A stretch of DNA of 64,000 bases, from the NCBI GenBank assembly GCA_035632315.1, contig DASQGZ010000034.1:12693-76692 (forward strand), read 5' to 3'. The position numbers and the translations under genes were made by a program. Origin of the DNA: Candidatus Kapaibacterium sp. GTDB taxonomy: Bacteria; Bacteroidota; Ignavibacteria; Palsa-1295. How positions within the stretch are numbered: position 1 is the stretch's first letter; each line of letters begins with the position of its first letter. Positions 19,693 through 28,961 of this stretch are shown here, piece after piece. Below the pieces are notes generated by a model, which was not told where the DNA came from, searched no databases, and saw only the letters and a program-made list of their open reading frames with translations.

Positions 19693-20142
19693 TTATCCTT
19701 TTGACGCCGCTTCAAGATCGGCGATTATTATCTTGCTCATTGCAAAAAAAGCTTCCATGATTCGCTTTCCTTTTACGGGGTCACGTTCCTGCAAGAACGT
19801 CCCGAGATTCTCTGGCACGACCTGCCACGAAACGCCGAACTTATCCTTGAGCCATCCACACCGGCTTTCGGCGCCGCCTTCGGTGAGCTTCTGCCAATAA
19901 TAATCGATCTCCTTTTGATCTTTACAGGTAATGAAAAGTGATATTCCTTCTGAGAATGAGAAGTGTGGTCCCCCATTGAACGTGTACAATGTCTGACCGT
20001 CAACTTCGAATGTCCCGCCCTGCGCACGATCTGCGCCCGGGATGAGGCTTGTGATCTTCGAGTTCGGAAAGACGGATGTGTAAAATTTCATCGCCTCTTC
20101 CGCCTGATTATTGAACATCAGGAATGTTGTGATCTTTTGCAT
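19693..20142 (-). CDS. VOC-superfamily protein, PhnB-like (paralogue)
   Basis: 149 aa; ITTFLMFNNQAEEAMKFYTSVFPNS. Confidence 0.7.
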   Translation of the reverse strand: MQKITTFLMFNNQAEEAMKFYTSVFPNSKITSLIPGADRAQGGTFEVDGQTLYTFNGGPHFSFSEGISLFITCKDQKEIDYYWQKLTEGGAESRCGWLKDKFGVSWQVVPENLGTFLQERDPVKGKRIMEAFFAMSKIIIADLEAASKG

Positions 20143-20162
20143 GATATTTTTATTAATGTTAA

Positions 20163-20786
20163 TTATACAAATGAGCCGGTTTTTATATCGCCCGAGCGTG
20201 TATAGTTTGCGACAATAACGCCGTGCGGTGAAACTGTGCTCTTGGTGAGCGTGAATGATCCTGCGATCGTGCCATCGTCAAATAAGCGCTTACCCGATCC
20301 GAGTGTCACAGGAAAGATCTTCAGCCACATCTCATCGACGAGATCGTTCTTCAAGAGTGTCTGAATGAAATTACCACTGCCATGCACTTGCAGGTCGGGT
20401 CCCTTCTCCGATTTTATTTTTTTTACTGCCGCGACGACATCGCCTTCAAGTTGTATGGTATTTTTCCAATCAGACGTGATCGGCGAGCGAGATGCAACAT
20501 ATTTTGTTGCATTATTCAGCGGAGCGGCACCAAGATCTTTTGGATCAGCCTTTGGCCAGTATGAAGCAAAAATGTCGTATGTTTTCCGACCGAGCAACAG
20601 ATCGAATTTATCGCCCATCTGTACACCCATTTCTGTTCCTAAGAATTCATCGAAATATGGTACTGTCCAACCGCCATATTTGAACCCGCTCGAAGTATCT
20701 TCTTCAGGTCCTCCTGGGGCTTGCATGACGCCATCAAGTGAAATAAATGATAGAACTATTACCTTTCTCATATTCATACTCCTCAA
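20163..20786 (-). CDS. dihydrofolate reductase-family protein (RibD C-terminal domain, YwjB-like)
   Basis: VIVLSFISLDGVMQAPGGPEED... Confidence 0.7.
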   Translation of the reverse strand: MRSMNMRKVIVLSFISLDGVMQAPGGPEEDTSSGFKYGGWTVPYFDEFLGTEMGVQMGDKFDLLLGRKTYDIFASYWPKADPKDLGAAPLNNATKYVASRSPITSDWKNTIQLEGDVVAAVKKIKSEKGPDLQVHGSGNFIQTLLKNDLVDEMWLKIFPVTLGSGKRLFDDGTIAGSFTLTKSTVSPHGVIVANYTRSGDIKTGSFV

Positions 20787-20971
20787 TTTTGATTGTTATC
20801 CAGAAACGGGATCACGGTTTCCGCAAGTCGCGGCGACGAACAGATCGTATAATGTGTAAGCGACGGAATAATAGCAAGTTGTGACGCAGATTTTCCCTCT
20901 ATTCCAGCTTGCCCAAAAACAAAAGCCGGCAGAAAAAGGGCAGCGAGCAACACAGTGATGATAGTTTTCAT
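20783..20971 (-). CDS. small secreted hypothetical protein
   Basis: 62 aa with signal peptide MKTIITVLLAALFLPAFVFGQ; 4-nt overlap with downstream gene. Confidence 0.4.
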   Translation of the reverse strand: MKTIITVLLAALFLPAFVFGQAGIEGKSASQLAIIPSLTHYTICSSPRLAETVIPFLDNNQN

Positions 20972-21016
20972 AACTTGTTTTCCTTTCGTTTATAGTAATA
21001 AAATCGTTTTATGTAA

Positions 21017-21505
21017 TTACTCTTTGACAACGGGTACCCAGATCTCTAAATGGACGTTGTTCATATCCATGCTCGGCTCTGAATAAAATTCAAAATCGAG
21101 CGACAGCTTCGGGTCCATCGAGTATCCTGATGTCGGCATCCATTCACCGTAAATGTAGCCGAAAAATTCATGGAGGCGGCTGACTTCACCATTGTATGTA
21201 AAGACTGCATACTTTGCAGCCGGTATCTCCTTGCCCGTCATTCCTTCAGGAATATTGCCGAGGTCCGTGACTGCATATCCGGCGATATAGTAGTACTTCG
21301 GAAACCCGCCTTCATTCATATCAAAGTCACGCGAGTAATCTTCTATGCCGAAGACTCCCGGCAATATCGCATAAGGAATTGTCGTATGCTGTTTTGCGAA
21401 TTCATTCCATGCATCCTGTATTGCAGGAATCCCCCTTTCAGTATATCGCTCGACACCGACGATCTTGAATGCCTCTCTGGTTCGAAAATTTGGTTTTTTG
21501 TTCAT
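21017..21505 (-). CDS. GyrI-like small-molecule-binding domain protein (AraC effector-binding/SbmC family)
   Basis: start placed at internal ATG (MNKKPNF...); IVGVERYT...DAWNEFAK... typical GyrI-like. Confidence 0.65.
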   Translation of the reverse strand: MNKKPNFRTREAFKIVGVERYTERGIPAIQDAWNEFAKQHTTIPYAILPGVFGIEDYSRDFDMNEGGFPKYYYIAGYAVTDLGNIPEGMTGKEIPAAKYAVFTYNGEVSRLHEFFGYIYGEWMPTSGYSMDPKLSLDFEFYSEPSMDMNNVHLEIWVPVVKE

Positions 21506-21632
21506 CTCCGTTGATTTTTGATGATTTAATTTCTTGTGTGCAAAAATACAATGTCGTAATATGCCCATGTGAGGCGCGAAAACGCCAATTTAAAGGGTTG
21601 ATTCCGACAAAAAAATATCGTATCTTTGTGCT

Positions 21633-22598
21633 ATGAAAAACATCGCTATTCTCGTTCCTCGCGGGGCTGCAGCATTAAGCTGCATCGAGGGGTCGGTCAT
21701 TGGGTTTGGCAGAGCCAATGAAGTTCTAGCAAGTTTCGGCAAGCCGCCGCTCTTTCAAACGACACTTGTGGGTATTGATCACGAGCCGCAGACATACGAT
21801 CGGTGCTTCAGTGTTCGTCCTGACGTCACGATAGGCGATCCGCAGAGGTTCGATCTCATTATTATTCCGGCCGTCAATGGAAACTGGAATGACGTGATCG
21901 GCTTAAACCAAGATTTCTTTCCATGGATCATCGATCAGTATAAGCATGGCGCAGAAGTTGCGAGCTTATGTGTCGGTGCATTTTTGCTTGCGGCGACCGG
22001 TCTTGCCGACGGGAAAAAGTGCGCAACACATTGGATGTTTCAAAACGACTTCCGCAAAATGTTTCCGAACATCGACCTTGTCTCCGAGAAAGTGATCACG
22101 GATGAACACGGCGTGTATTCGAGCGGCGGCGCTTCTTCGTTTTGGAATCTCATCTTATACTTGATCGATAAATATGCCGGGCGCGATGTCGCGATCGCCT
22201 GCGCGAAGATCTACGAGATCGAGATCGACCGCAACTCGCAATCGCAGTTCATTATCTTTTCCGGTCAGAAAGATCATGAAGACGAGCCGATCAAAGAAGC
22301 TCAAGCGTTTATCGAGCAAAATTTTCAGAAGAAAATAACTGTCAATGAACTTGCGTCGATGTGCGCGATGGGACGCCGAACATTCGAACGGCGTTTCAAA
22401 AAAGCAACATCTAATACGGTTGTCGAATATCTTCAGCGTGTCAAGATCGAAGCGGCCAAGCGAAGTCTCGAACACAATCGCAAGCACGTTGCCGAGATCA
22501 TGTACGACGTCGGTTACTCCGATACGAAAGCATTCAGAACGACCTTCAAGAAGATCACAGGCCTTTCACCGGTCGACTATAGAAATAAATATGTATAG
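21633..22598 (+). CDS. GlxA-type transcriptional regulator (DJ-1/PfpI domain plus AraC-family HTH)
   Basis: N-terminal DJ-1/PfpI-like (MKNIAILVPRGAAALS...LCVGAFLLA); C-terminal AraC HTH (ITVNELASMCAMGRRTFERRFKK...YDVGYSDTKAFRTTFKKITGLSP). Confidence 0.8.
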   Translation: MKNIAILVPRGAAALSCIEGSVIGFGRANEVLASFGKPPLFQTTLVGIDHEPQTYDRCFSVRPDVTIGDPQRFDLIIIPAVNGNWNDVIGLNQDFFPWIIDQYKHGAEVASLCVGAFLLAATGLADGKKCATHWMFQNDFRKMFPNIDLVSEKVITDEHGVYSSGGASSFWNLILYLIDKYAGRDVAIACAKIYEIEIDRNSQSQFIIFSGQKDHEDEPIKEAQAFIEQNFQKKITVNELASMCAMGRRTFERRFKKATSNTVVEYLQRVKIEAAKRSLEHNRKHVAEIMYDVGYSDTKAFRTTFKKITGLSPVDYRNKYV

Positions 22599-22614
22599 TC
22601 TGAGGCAGCGGATA

Positions 22615-23118
22615 TTACTTGATCGTCATAAGGTACGCATCAAGCTGCTCGAATGTACCACTCCAACCCTGTGTCATACCACCACGCCCGGCTTCGAAGG
22701 TTGCAATCTCTTCTTCGGTACCATCGAGCGGAGCCCATTCGATCATTAATTCCGTTTTACCATCCCGCTCAATGAGTGTTGTCGTCGAGATCATTTTCAA
22801 CGGCCACGTCGGAGCAAGCGGATGAATGGTTACGCCGCCGGCCGCATCGGAAAAATGTGTTATGAGCGAGATCTTTTCGGGCGGGATGATCTCAAGAAAC
22901 GTCCACTTCCCCCACATTTCATTTCCATCAGCGGAGACAAGTGAATAATGAAACGTGCCTCCGACACGAAGATCCATATTACACGTGCCCATCTTCATCC
23001 CCGTGGGGCTGAACCAATTGATGAGATGTTTCGCATCGGTCCATACCGCCCACACAAGTTCGCGCGGAGCATCGAATGTGCGTTTGATCGCGAACGGCTT
23101 TACTGATTCTGCAGTCAC
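22615..23118 (-). CDS. SRPBCC-superfamily protein, AHSA1-like (paralogue 5)
   Basis: start placed at GTG 23118 preceded by AGGAGAATTATT; KPFAIKRTFDAPRELVWAVWTDAKHLINWF. Confidence 0.65.
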   Translation of the reverse strand: MTAESVKPFAIKRTFDAPRELVWAVWTDAKHLINWFSPTGMKMGTCNMDLRVGGTFHYSLVSADGNEMWGKWTFLEIIPPEKISLITHFSDAAGGVTIHPLAPTWPLKMISTTTLIERDGKTELMIEWAPLDGTEEEIATFEAGRGGMTQGWSGTFEQLDAYLMTIK

Positions 23119-23146
23119 AATAATTCTCCTGAATAAAAAAAAATGA

Positions 23147-23632
23147 TTAATACTCCGCAAGCACTTCGTCAAGACGTTCGTAGCCTTCGCGCATCCCCCA
23201 TTCCATACCTTGTTCAAGCATTCCATCACGGTCTGCTTTCGAAGCAAATGTGGAGATGACAGTCATTTTTGTTTTACCGCTGATATTTTCAAGTGTCGTT
23301 GCATTTGTGATAATATGTCCGGCTTGCGGCTCGAATTCAAGGGTCATCACAAGCTTCGATGGCGGATCGAATTCTTTGAAGATGCCATTGAACGCAAATT
23401 CGTTTCCATCAGGATCATACTGAAGAAATCTCCACTTCCCACCCACACGCGGCTCAAGTGTTTCTATGACAGTGCGGAGCATTCGCGGCCCCCACCATTT
23501 GGGGATCATCTCGGCATCTGTCATCGCCTTGAAGACAAGTTCGCGCGGAGCATCGAACTCGCGCGTGATGACGATCTCGGTATCCGAAGCGAGCGTCATT
23601 GTCAATGTGTCTTTAGCAGTTGTTGTACTCAT
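23147..23632 (-). CDS. SRPBCC-superfamily protein, AHSA1-like (paralogue 4)
   Basis: ITREFDAPRELVFKAMTDAEMIPKWWGP. Confidence 0.75.
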   Translation of the reverse strand: MSTTTAKDTLTMTLASDTEIVITREFDAPRELVFKAMTDAEMIPKWWGPRMLRTVIETLEPRVGGKWRFLQYDPDGNEFAFNGIFKEFDPPSKLVMTLEFEPQAGHIITNATTLENISGKTKMTVISTFASKADRDGMLEQGMEWGMREGYERLDEVLAEY

Positions 23633-23650
23633 AATATGTTCTCTTAAGAA

Positions 23651-23917
23651 TTATCCGAAACGCTCGATCGCTCTTGCCTTTGCACGAGCTGCGACGACAG
23701 CACGATCGCGCGGCTCGGCTGTGGTTGTCAGTGAATCAATCAACACCCTGGCAACTCGAGCAGTATCTTCAACGGCTCGATTGAAAGCCGCCACATTTGG
23801 CAAAGAAGGCTTTTGAAAACCCGATAATTTTCTGACGAATTGCAGCGCCGCATCGTGAATTTCTTCGTCGGTTGCAGGCGGATCGAAGTTAAATAGTGTT
23901 TTAATGTTTCTGCACAT
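23651..23917 (-). CDS. DUF2277 domain protein
   Basis: 88 aa starting MCRNIKTLFNFDPPATDEEIHDAALQFVRK, characteristic of DUF2277. Confidence 0.65.
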   Translation of the reverse strand: MCRNIKTLFNFDPPATDEEIHDAALQFVRKLSGFQKPSLPNVAAFNRAVEDTARVARVLIDSLTTTAEPRDRAVVAARAKARAIERFG

Positions 23918-23932
23918 AGTTATTTCGGAATA

Positions 23933-24415
23933 TTACCGAAGACTATCAGCAAGTTTATCGAGCGACTCGTTCCAGCCCTGCTTGGTCATTTCGCTCATTT
24001 CACCGCCCGGTAATCCGGTGTGGTGTAATGTCATCTTTGTTTTGCCGTTCAGATCTTCAAACTCTACGTAGGTTATCATATCTCCGGGAAACTCTCCCGG
24101 AAGACCATAATAACTTGCCGGCACGACATTCCCGTCGGGATCGGAGAATTTATTCGTAAAGACGATCTTTTTCATCGGGACTAGTTCGAGATACTCGCCA
24201 GTGTTGAAATTATCTCTTCCGTCCGGCCAGCGCATCGCCCAAAGAAATTTCCCGCCGACCCTGAGATCTATCTCGCAGACCGGGCAGGTAAATATCTTTG
24301 GTCCCCACCATTTCTTGAAATGCTCCGGCACAGTCCATGCGCGCCAGACAAGTTCGATCGGCGCGTCAAAGATGCGTTCAATAGTAATTTCATTCGTTGT
24401 TACTGTTGCCGACAT
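23933..24415 (-). CDS. SRPBCC-superfamily protein, AHSA1-like (paralogue 3)
   Basis: ITIERIFDAPIELVWRAWTVPEHFKKWWGP. Confidence 0.75.
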   Translation of the reverse strand: MSATVTTNEITIERIFDAPIELVWRAWTVPEHFKKWWGPKIFTCPVCEIDLRVGGKFLWAMRWPDGRDNFNTGEYLELVPMKKIVFTNKFSDPDGNVVPASYYGLPGEFPGDMITYVEFEDLNGKTKMTLHHTGLPGGEMSEMTKQGWNESLDKLADSLR

Positions 24416-24419
24416 CGGT

Positions 24420-24905
24420 TTATCCTTTTAAGTATGTTTGAACATATTCTTCAAGATGGGCAAGATGTTGCTTGCCGCCTTCGATAGCGCCGTATTTCTC
24501 GACGACATGGTTGCGCTGCTTCGCCGTCTGGAATAATGATCTCATTGTCACTCTCGTTTTACCACCAAGATCTTCGAACGTGACCGTTGCGTGAAATTGC
24601 GCATCGTTTACGCCAACATCATCCCCGCCGCCGTGACCATATTCGAGCCTCTCGGGTTTTATGATCGTCTCATAGTACATCTCATTCGGAAAGTCTTTCC
24701 CATCGGGTCCGTGCATCGTGTGAAACCATACGCCGCCGGGCTTGAAGCTGAATTTATGTGTCGTGGTCGTAAATCCGTTCGGACCCCACCATTTCTCGAG
24801 ATGCTTCGGGTCGGTCCATGCTTCGAAGACAAGTTCACGCGGTGCATTGATGATCCGCTCGATGACGATCTCGCGTTCTGTTGTTGATTGATTATCCATA
24901 AGCAA
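24420..24905 (-). CDS. SRPBCC-superfamily protein, AHSA1-like (paralogue 2)
   Basis: IVIERIINAPRELVFEAWTDPKHLEKWWGP. Confidence 0.75.
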   Translation of the reverse strand: MLMDNQSTTEREIVIERIINAPRELVFEAWTDPKHLEKWWGPNGFTTTTHKFSFKPGGVWFHTMHGPDGKDFPNEMYYETIIKPERLEYGHGGGDDVGVNDAQFHATVTFEDLGGKTRVTMRSLFQTAKQRNHVVEKYGAIEGGKQHLAHLEEYVQTYLKG

Positions 24906-24952
24906 CGGTACTATTTATTGAAATAAATAATGTATTTATCAATCAGATAGAG

Positions 24953-25597
24953 TTACTGTTCTACTTCATACATTATATGCGTAATCCCTTGAGAAGGTAT
25001 TACCTTTTTAATTTTTACGGCTCTATCCGGATTCATATTTTCAAAAAGTCTGACGCCATTCCCAAATACGACGGGAGCATAATGAAGAGTAAATTCCTCA
25101 ATAAGGCCTGCGTTGAGATATTGCATCACAGTATTTGCACCTCCCGAGATTCGTATGTCTTTTGAACCGACTACTTTTTTTGCCTGAGCAAGTGCGCTTT
25201 CGATGCCATCGTTTACAAAATAGAATGTGGTGCCACCGGGTCGTACCCACGGCTCGCGAACCTCGTCAGTCAGAACAAATACCGGAGTGTGGAATGGTGC
25301 GTCGTCAGGCCAAGAGTTTTCGCCAGCGTTGAACATATTCTTGCCCATGATGCTCGCCCCGGTACGGGTAAATGTTTCCTCCAGCAGTGTATTATCTTCT
25401 CCTGTTTCACCGCCTTCACCGAATTTTAGGTTTTTAAGAAAAAATTTCTGCTGAAAAACCCAATGCATGAGATCCATCCATTTTTTCATCGAATTCTTGA
25501 ATTCCGGATCTCCGGCAAGAGCCATTTCAAACTTTTCCGGCGCGATGAAGCCGTCGAGCGAGATCACCATATCAAAGAAGACTTTATTCTTTTTCAT
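24953..25597 (-). CDS. dihydrofolate reductase-family protein (RibD C-terminal domain), second paralogue
   Basis: start placed at internal ATG (MKKNKVFFDMVISLDGFIAPE); the longer ORF would overlap the upstream gene. Confidence 0.7.
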   Translation of the reverse strand: MKKNKVFFDMVISLDGFIAPEKFEMALAGDPEFKNSMKKWMDLMHWVFQQKFFLKNLKFGEGGETGEDNTLLEETFTRTGASIMGKNMFNAGENSWPDDAPFHTPVFVLTDEVREPWVRPGGTTFYFVNDGIESALAQAKKVVGSKDIRISGGANTVMQYLNAGLIEEFTLHYAPVVFGNGVRLFENMNPDRAVKIKKVIPSQGITHIMYEVEQ

Positions 25598-25604
25598 AAG
25601 TATG

Positions 25605-26075
25605 TTAATGTGATTGTAAAAAATCTCTGAGTGAAACGCCAATGATATGTTTCCAACCTTCCTCGAAATTCGAGCGGAAGAAATCCTTTGTGTCCGGAAA
25701 ACTCTCGATGCCGGCATGAGTGAGTCGGAGACGGGTACCATTGTTTTCGGGAAACAGCTCGAACGTCACTTCCGAACTGCCGGGATAATTTTCATATCGC
25801 CAGGTGTATGATATTTTTTTGCCGAGAATGACACTTGTTACCTTGCAGAGATGCGTATATGTTTTCCCGCCATTCACGACCGAGAAATGAAATTCAAAAC
25901 CTATCTCAGCCCTAAACTCCGGAAGTTCAAAATACCAGCACGTCAACTTATCATTCTGTGTGATCGCGTCCCAAACTTTGGAAATCGGCACATCGAACGT
26001 TCGTTCGACGATGACCGGCTCGGCGGTATGGACGCCATTATGGTTTGTTCTCGTCGCTGCTGTTGTTTCCTGCAT
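25605..26075 (-). CDS. SRPBCC-superfamily protein, AHSA1-like (paralogue 1)
   Basis: start at ATG 26075 with AAGGAG 7 nt upstream; VIVERTFDVPISKVWDAITQNDKLTCWYF; 38-nt overlap with arsR-like gene. Confidence 0.65.
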   Translation of the reverse strand: MQETTAATRTNHNGVHTAEPVIVERTFDVPISKVWDAITQNDKLTCWYFELPEFRAEIGFEFHFSVVNGGKTYTHLCKVTSVILGKKISYTWRYENYPGSSEVTFELFPENNGTRLRLTHAGIESFPDTKDFFRSNFEEGWKHIIGVSLRDFLQSH

Positions 26076-26397
26076 CTTGTTTCTCCTTCGATTGTAATTC
26101 CTGTAAGTACTGCTCCAATGCATCAAGCTTCCCTTCCCAGAATCTGCGGTACTGCTCGATCCAATCGTCCACCTCGCCAAGCTTGCCCAGTTTTGCTTCG
26201 CAGTACCGCTCTCTCCCCTGCTGCTTGATATCCACCAGCCCGCACTCCGAGAGTATCTTCACATGCTTCGAAACTGCCGGACGGCTCACCTTGAAATGCT
26301 CGGCGATTCCATTGATGGTCAATGCATGAAGCGCAAGCAAACTCAGTATTGCTCTGCGCTTCGGATCGGCTATTGCTTGAAATACATCTCGTCTCAC
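26038..26397 (-). CDS. ArsR/SmtB-family transcriptional regulator
   Basis: FQAIADPKRRAILSLLALHALTINGIAEHFKVSRPAVSKHVKILSECGLV (winged HTH). Confidence 0.8.
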   Translation of the reverse strand: MRRDVFQAIADPKRRAILSLLALHALTINGIAEHFKVSRPAVSKHVKILSECGLVDIKQQGRERYCEAKLGKLGEVDDWIEQYRRFWEGKLDALEQYLQELQSKEKQDAGNNSSDENKP

Positions 26398-26548
26398 GGC
26401 ATATACAACCTAATGCGTAACCGTTCGGTTTCCTATTTTTTAATAATTTTTCAGATTTTTTATTGCCCCTGTAATCTATTTGTTTATAAAGAATTGCAGT
26501 CCCTGGTGTATTGGCACGGCATTGAACCGGATTTTGTTTTAGCATAGA

Positions 26549-26872
26549 ATGAAGATTCTTTTCTCAGTCATTCTGCTCGTTGGGGCATTCTATTTTATCT
26601 GGTGGGGATATAAAAATCTTCTCCGGCGTGAGCGTGATACGGCAGAAGGTGCGATCGATGGTGTTGCTTGTCATCTCTGCGGTGAAGCATATCCGCGCGA
26701 AGAAGTTGTGACGGTAGAAAAGAAAGCCGGTTTCGAAAATTATTTTTGCGGCAACTGCATTGCCAAGCTCGCCGCTGCTTACAATGAAATTGTCGTCGAA
26801 GGTTCTGCTCCGCCTGTTTTCGAGCATCACGTTCTCAACGGCGATAATGGATCGGTAGCTCACTACAATTAA
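26549..26872 (+). CDS. small membrane-anchored zinc-ribbon protein (hypothetical)
   Basis: N-terminal TM helix; CHLCGE...x24...CGNC (two CxxC pairs); stop overlaps dusB start (TAATG). Confidence 0.45.
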   Translation: MKILFSVILLVGAFYFIWWGYKNLLRRERDTAEGAIDGVACHLCGEAYPREEVVTVEKKAGFENYFCGNCIAKLAAAYNEIVVEGSAPPVFEHHVLNGDNGSVAHYN

Positions 26873-27873
26873 TGGCTAGAATCGGACATATCGACTTAGG
26901 GGAAAAGCCATTACTATTGGCGCCGATGGAGGACGTCTCTGATGTATCGTTCCGCATCACACAGCGCCGCATGGGTGCTGATGTCGTTTATACGGAGTTC
27001 ATTTCGAGCGAGGCGATCATCCGACAGATCGCCAAACAAATGAAAAAGATGGCAATGCTCGAAGAAGAGCGGCCGCTGGCGATCCAAATTTATGGTGGCG
27101 ACCCGGAACATATGGCAGAAGCAGCTCAAGTTTCCGAAGCGGCGAGTCCCGATTTTCTTGACATCAATTGCGGCTGCTGGGTAAAGAATGTTGCCGGCAA
27201 AGGTGCAGGCGCTGGTCTCCTGAAAGATCTTCCGCGAATGGAAAAGATGACTCGCGCTGTTGTCGATGCAGTAAAACTACCTGTTACAGTAAAGACCCGT
27301 CTCGGTTGGGATACGGATTCTATTAATATCCTGGATACAGCTCCGATGCTTGAACAAGCCGGAGCCGCCGCATTAACAATTCATTGCCGCACCCGTTCGC
27401 AAGGACATAGCGGCAATGCAGATTGGAGCTGGATACCACGTATAAAAGAGCGTGTGTCGATTCCCGTATTTCTCAATGGTGATGTGAATTCTCCCGAAGC
27501 CGCAGATCGTGCATTTCGCGAGACAGGCTGTGATGGCGTAATGATCGCCCGTGCGGCGATCAGCAATCCGTTCATCTTCCGTGAGATTAAAGAATATTTT
27601 GCTGCCGGTTCGTATTCGCCTGCCTCTCTCGAAGAGCGGATCGAGTTTTGTCTGAACCATCTTCGCCACTCGATCGAAATCCGTGGTGAGCACGCCGGCA
27701 TCCCGAACTTCCGGAAATATTATCTTGGCTATTTCAAAGGTATCTACGGCGCGGCGAAACTTCGCGCAGAGTTGATGTTGATCTGGTCGTTCGCAGAGGT
27801 AGAGGAGAAACTGTGGCAATTCGCAGCGGTTACGAAAGAGCGTGAACAAGCAGCATTGTTAGTTGCCGCATAA
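26872..27873 (+). CDS. dusB: tRNA-dihydrouridine synthase (Dus family, DusB-like)
   Basis: LLLAPMEDVSDVSFR...IQIYGGDPEHM...DINCGCWVKNV... Confidence 0.85.
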   Translation: MARIGHIDLGEKPLLLAPMEDVSDVSFRITQRRMGADVVYTEFISSEAIIRQIAKQMKKMAMLEEERPLAIQIYGGDPEHMAEAAQVSEAASPDFLDINCGCWVKNVAGKGAGAGLLKDLPRMEKMTRAVVDAVKLPVTVKTRLGWDTDSINILDTAPMLEQAGAAALTIHCRTRSQGHSGNADWSWIPRIKERVSIPVFLNGDVNSPEAADRAFRETGCDGVMIARAAISNPFIFREIKEYFAAGSYSPASLEERIEFCLNHLRHSIEIRGEHAGIPNFRKYYLGYFKGIYGAAKLRAELMLIWSFAEVEEKLWQFAAVTKEREQAALLVAA

Positions 27874-27885
27874 TACTACTTTCTC

Positions 27886-28929
27886 GTGCTACAACTTTCC
27901 GATTATGACTACCAGCTCCCGGAAGAACTCATTGCGAAGTATCCCCTTGCGCATCGAAGTGATTCGCGGTTGCTCATACTGCATCATAAAAACGGTACGA
28001 TAGAAGACAGGTCATTTCCTGAGATTCAGCAATATGTACACCCTGGTGATTGTATCGTTCTGAATGAAACACGAGTGATCCCTGCCCGATTAATGGCAAC
28101 TCGTGAAACAACCGGAGCGATCGTAGAAATTTTTCTTGAGACACGACAAGCTGATATGACCGATACGTGGCGTGTACTCGCTGCGCCGGCGAAAAAATTA
28201 AAATCCGGCGAGCGATACATCATCAATAATGACCTTTCTTGCATTGTACTCGAAGAACTTCCTGAGGGCGAGAGAATCGTGCGGTTCGAGTCAGAGTCAG
28301 GGCACCTAGAAACCGCTCTCGAATCTGCTGGATCGATGCCTATCCCACCGTATCTTCACCGACCCGCAGAAATGCTTGACCGAGAGCGCTATCAGACAGT
28401 GTATGCGCATTCACCCGGCGCTGTCGCTGCGCCGACTGCTGGCTTACATTTTACATCGGAAATTCTTTCGGTATTAGAAAACAAAGGAGTTCGAATCGTG
28501 AAGGTCACCCTCCATGTCGGTCTCGGGACATTTCGTCCAGTAGAATCGGAAGATATTACAAAGCACACAATGCACGCCGAGCGATATGAAGTAAGCAAAG
28601 AAGCTGCATCTATAATTAATAATGTAAGAAAGAATGGCGGAAAGATCGTTGCTGTCGGAACGACTGCCGCACGAACGCTTGAAACTGTTGCAAACAGTGA
28701 TGGAATTATTAACACAGGAAGCGGCGAAACATCTATCTTTATTTATCCGCCATACAAATTCAAAGCGGTCGATGCACTTCTCACAAATTTTCACCAGCCA
28801 AAGTCAACGCTCTTGATGATGATCTCCGCCTTTTCCGGATATGAGAATGTGATGAAGGCATACAAACATGTTATTAAAGAACGGTACCGGTTCTTAAGTT
28901 ATGGAGATGCGATGCTAATAATTGAATAA
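27886..28929 (+). CDS. queA: S-adenosylmethionine:tRNA ribosyltransferase-isomerase
   Basis: MLQLSDYDYQLPEELIAKYPLAHRSDSRLLIL...; full-length QueA. Confidence 0.9.
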   Translation: MLQLSDYDYQLPEELIAKYPLAHRSDSRLLILHHKNGTIEDRSFPEIQQYVHPGDCIVLNETRVIPARLMATRETTGAIVEIFLETRQADMTDTWRVLAAPAKKLKSGERYIINNDLSCIVLEELPEGERIVRFESESGHLETALESAGSMPIPPYLHRPAEMLDRERYQTVYAHSPGAVAAPTAGLHFTSEILSVLENKGVRIVKVTLHVGLGTFRPVESEDITKHTMHAERYEVSKEAASIINNVRKNGGKIVAVGTTAARTLETVANSDGIINTGSGETSIFIYPPYKFKAVDALLTNFHQPKSTLLMMISAFSGYENVMKAYKHVIKERYRFLSYGDAMLIIE

Positions 28930-28961
28930 TCCCAGTAATCGAATAATCCCAAAATCCCGGT

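Noticed and set aside
25135-26547. Overlapping ORFs in the ArsR/SRPBCC region (25851..26228+, 26123..26545-, 26263..26547+)
   Set aside because: They are alternate frames of well-supported SRPBCC and ArsR genes and of the AT-rich promoter region. They carry no domain signatures.
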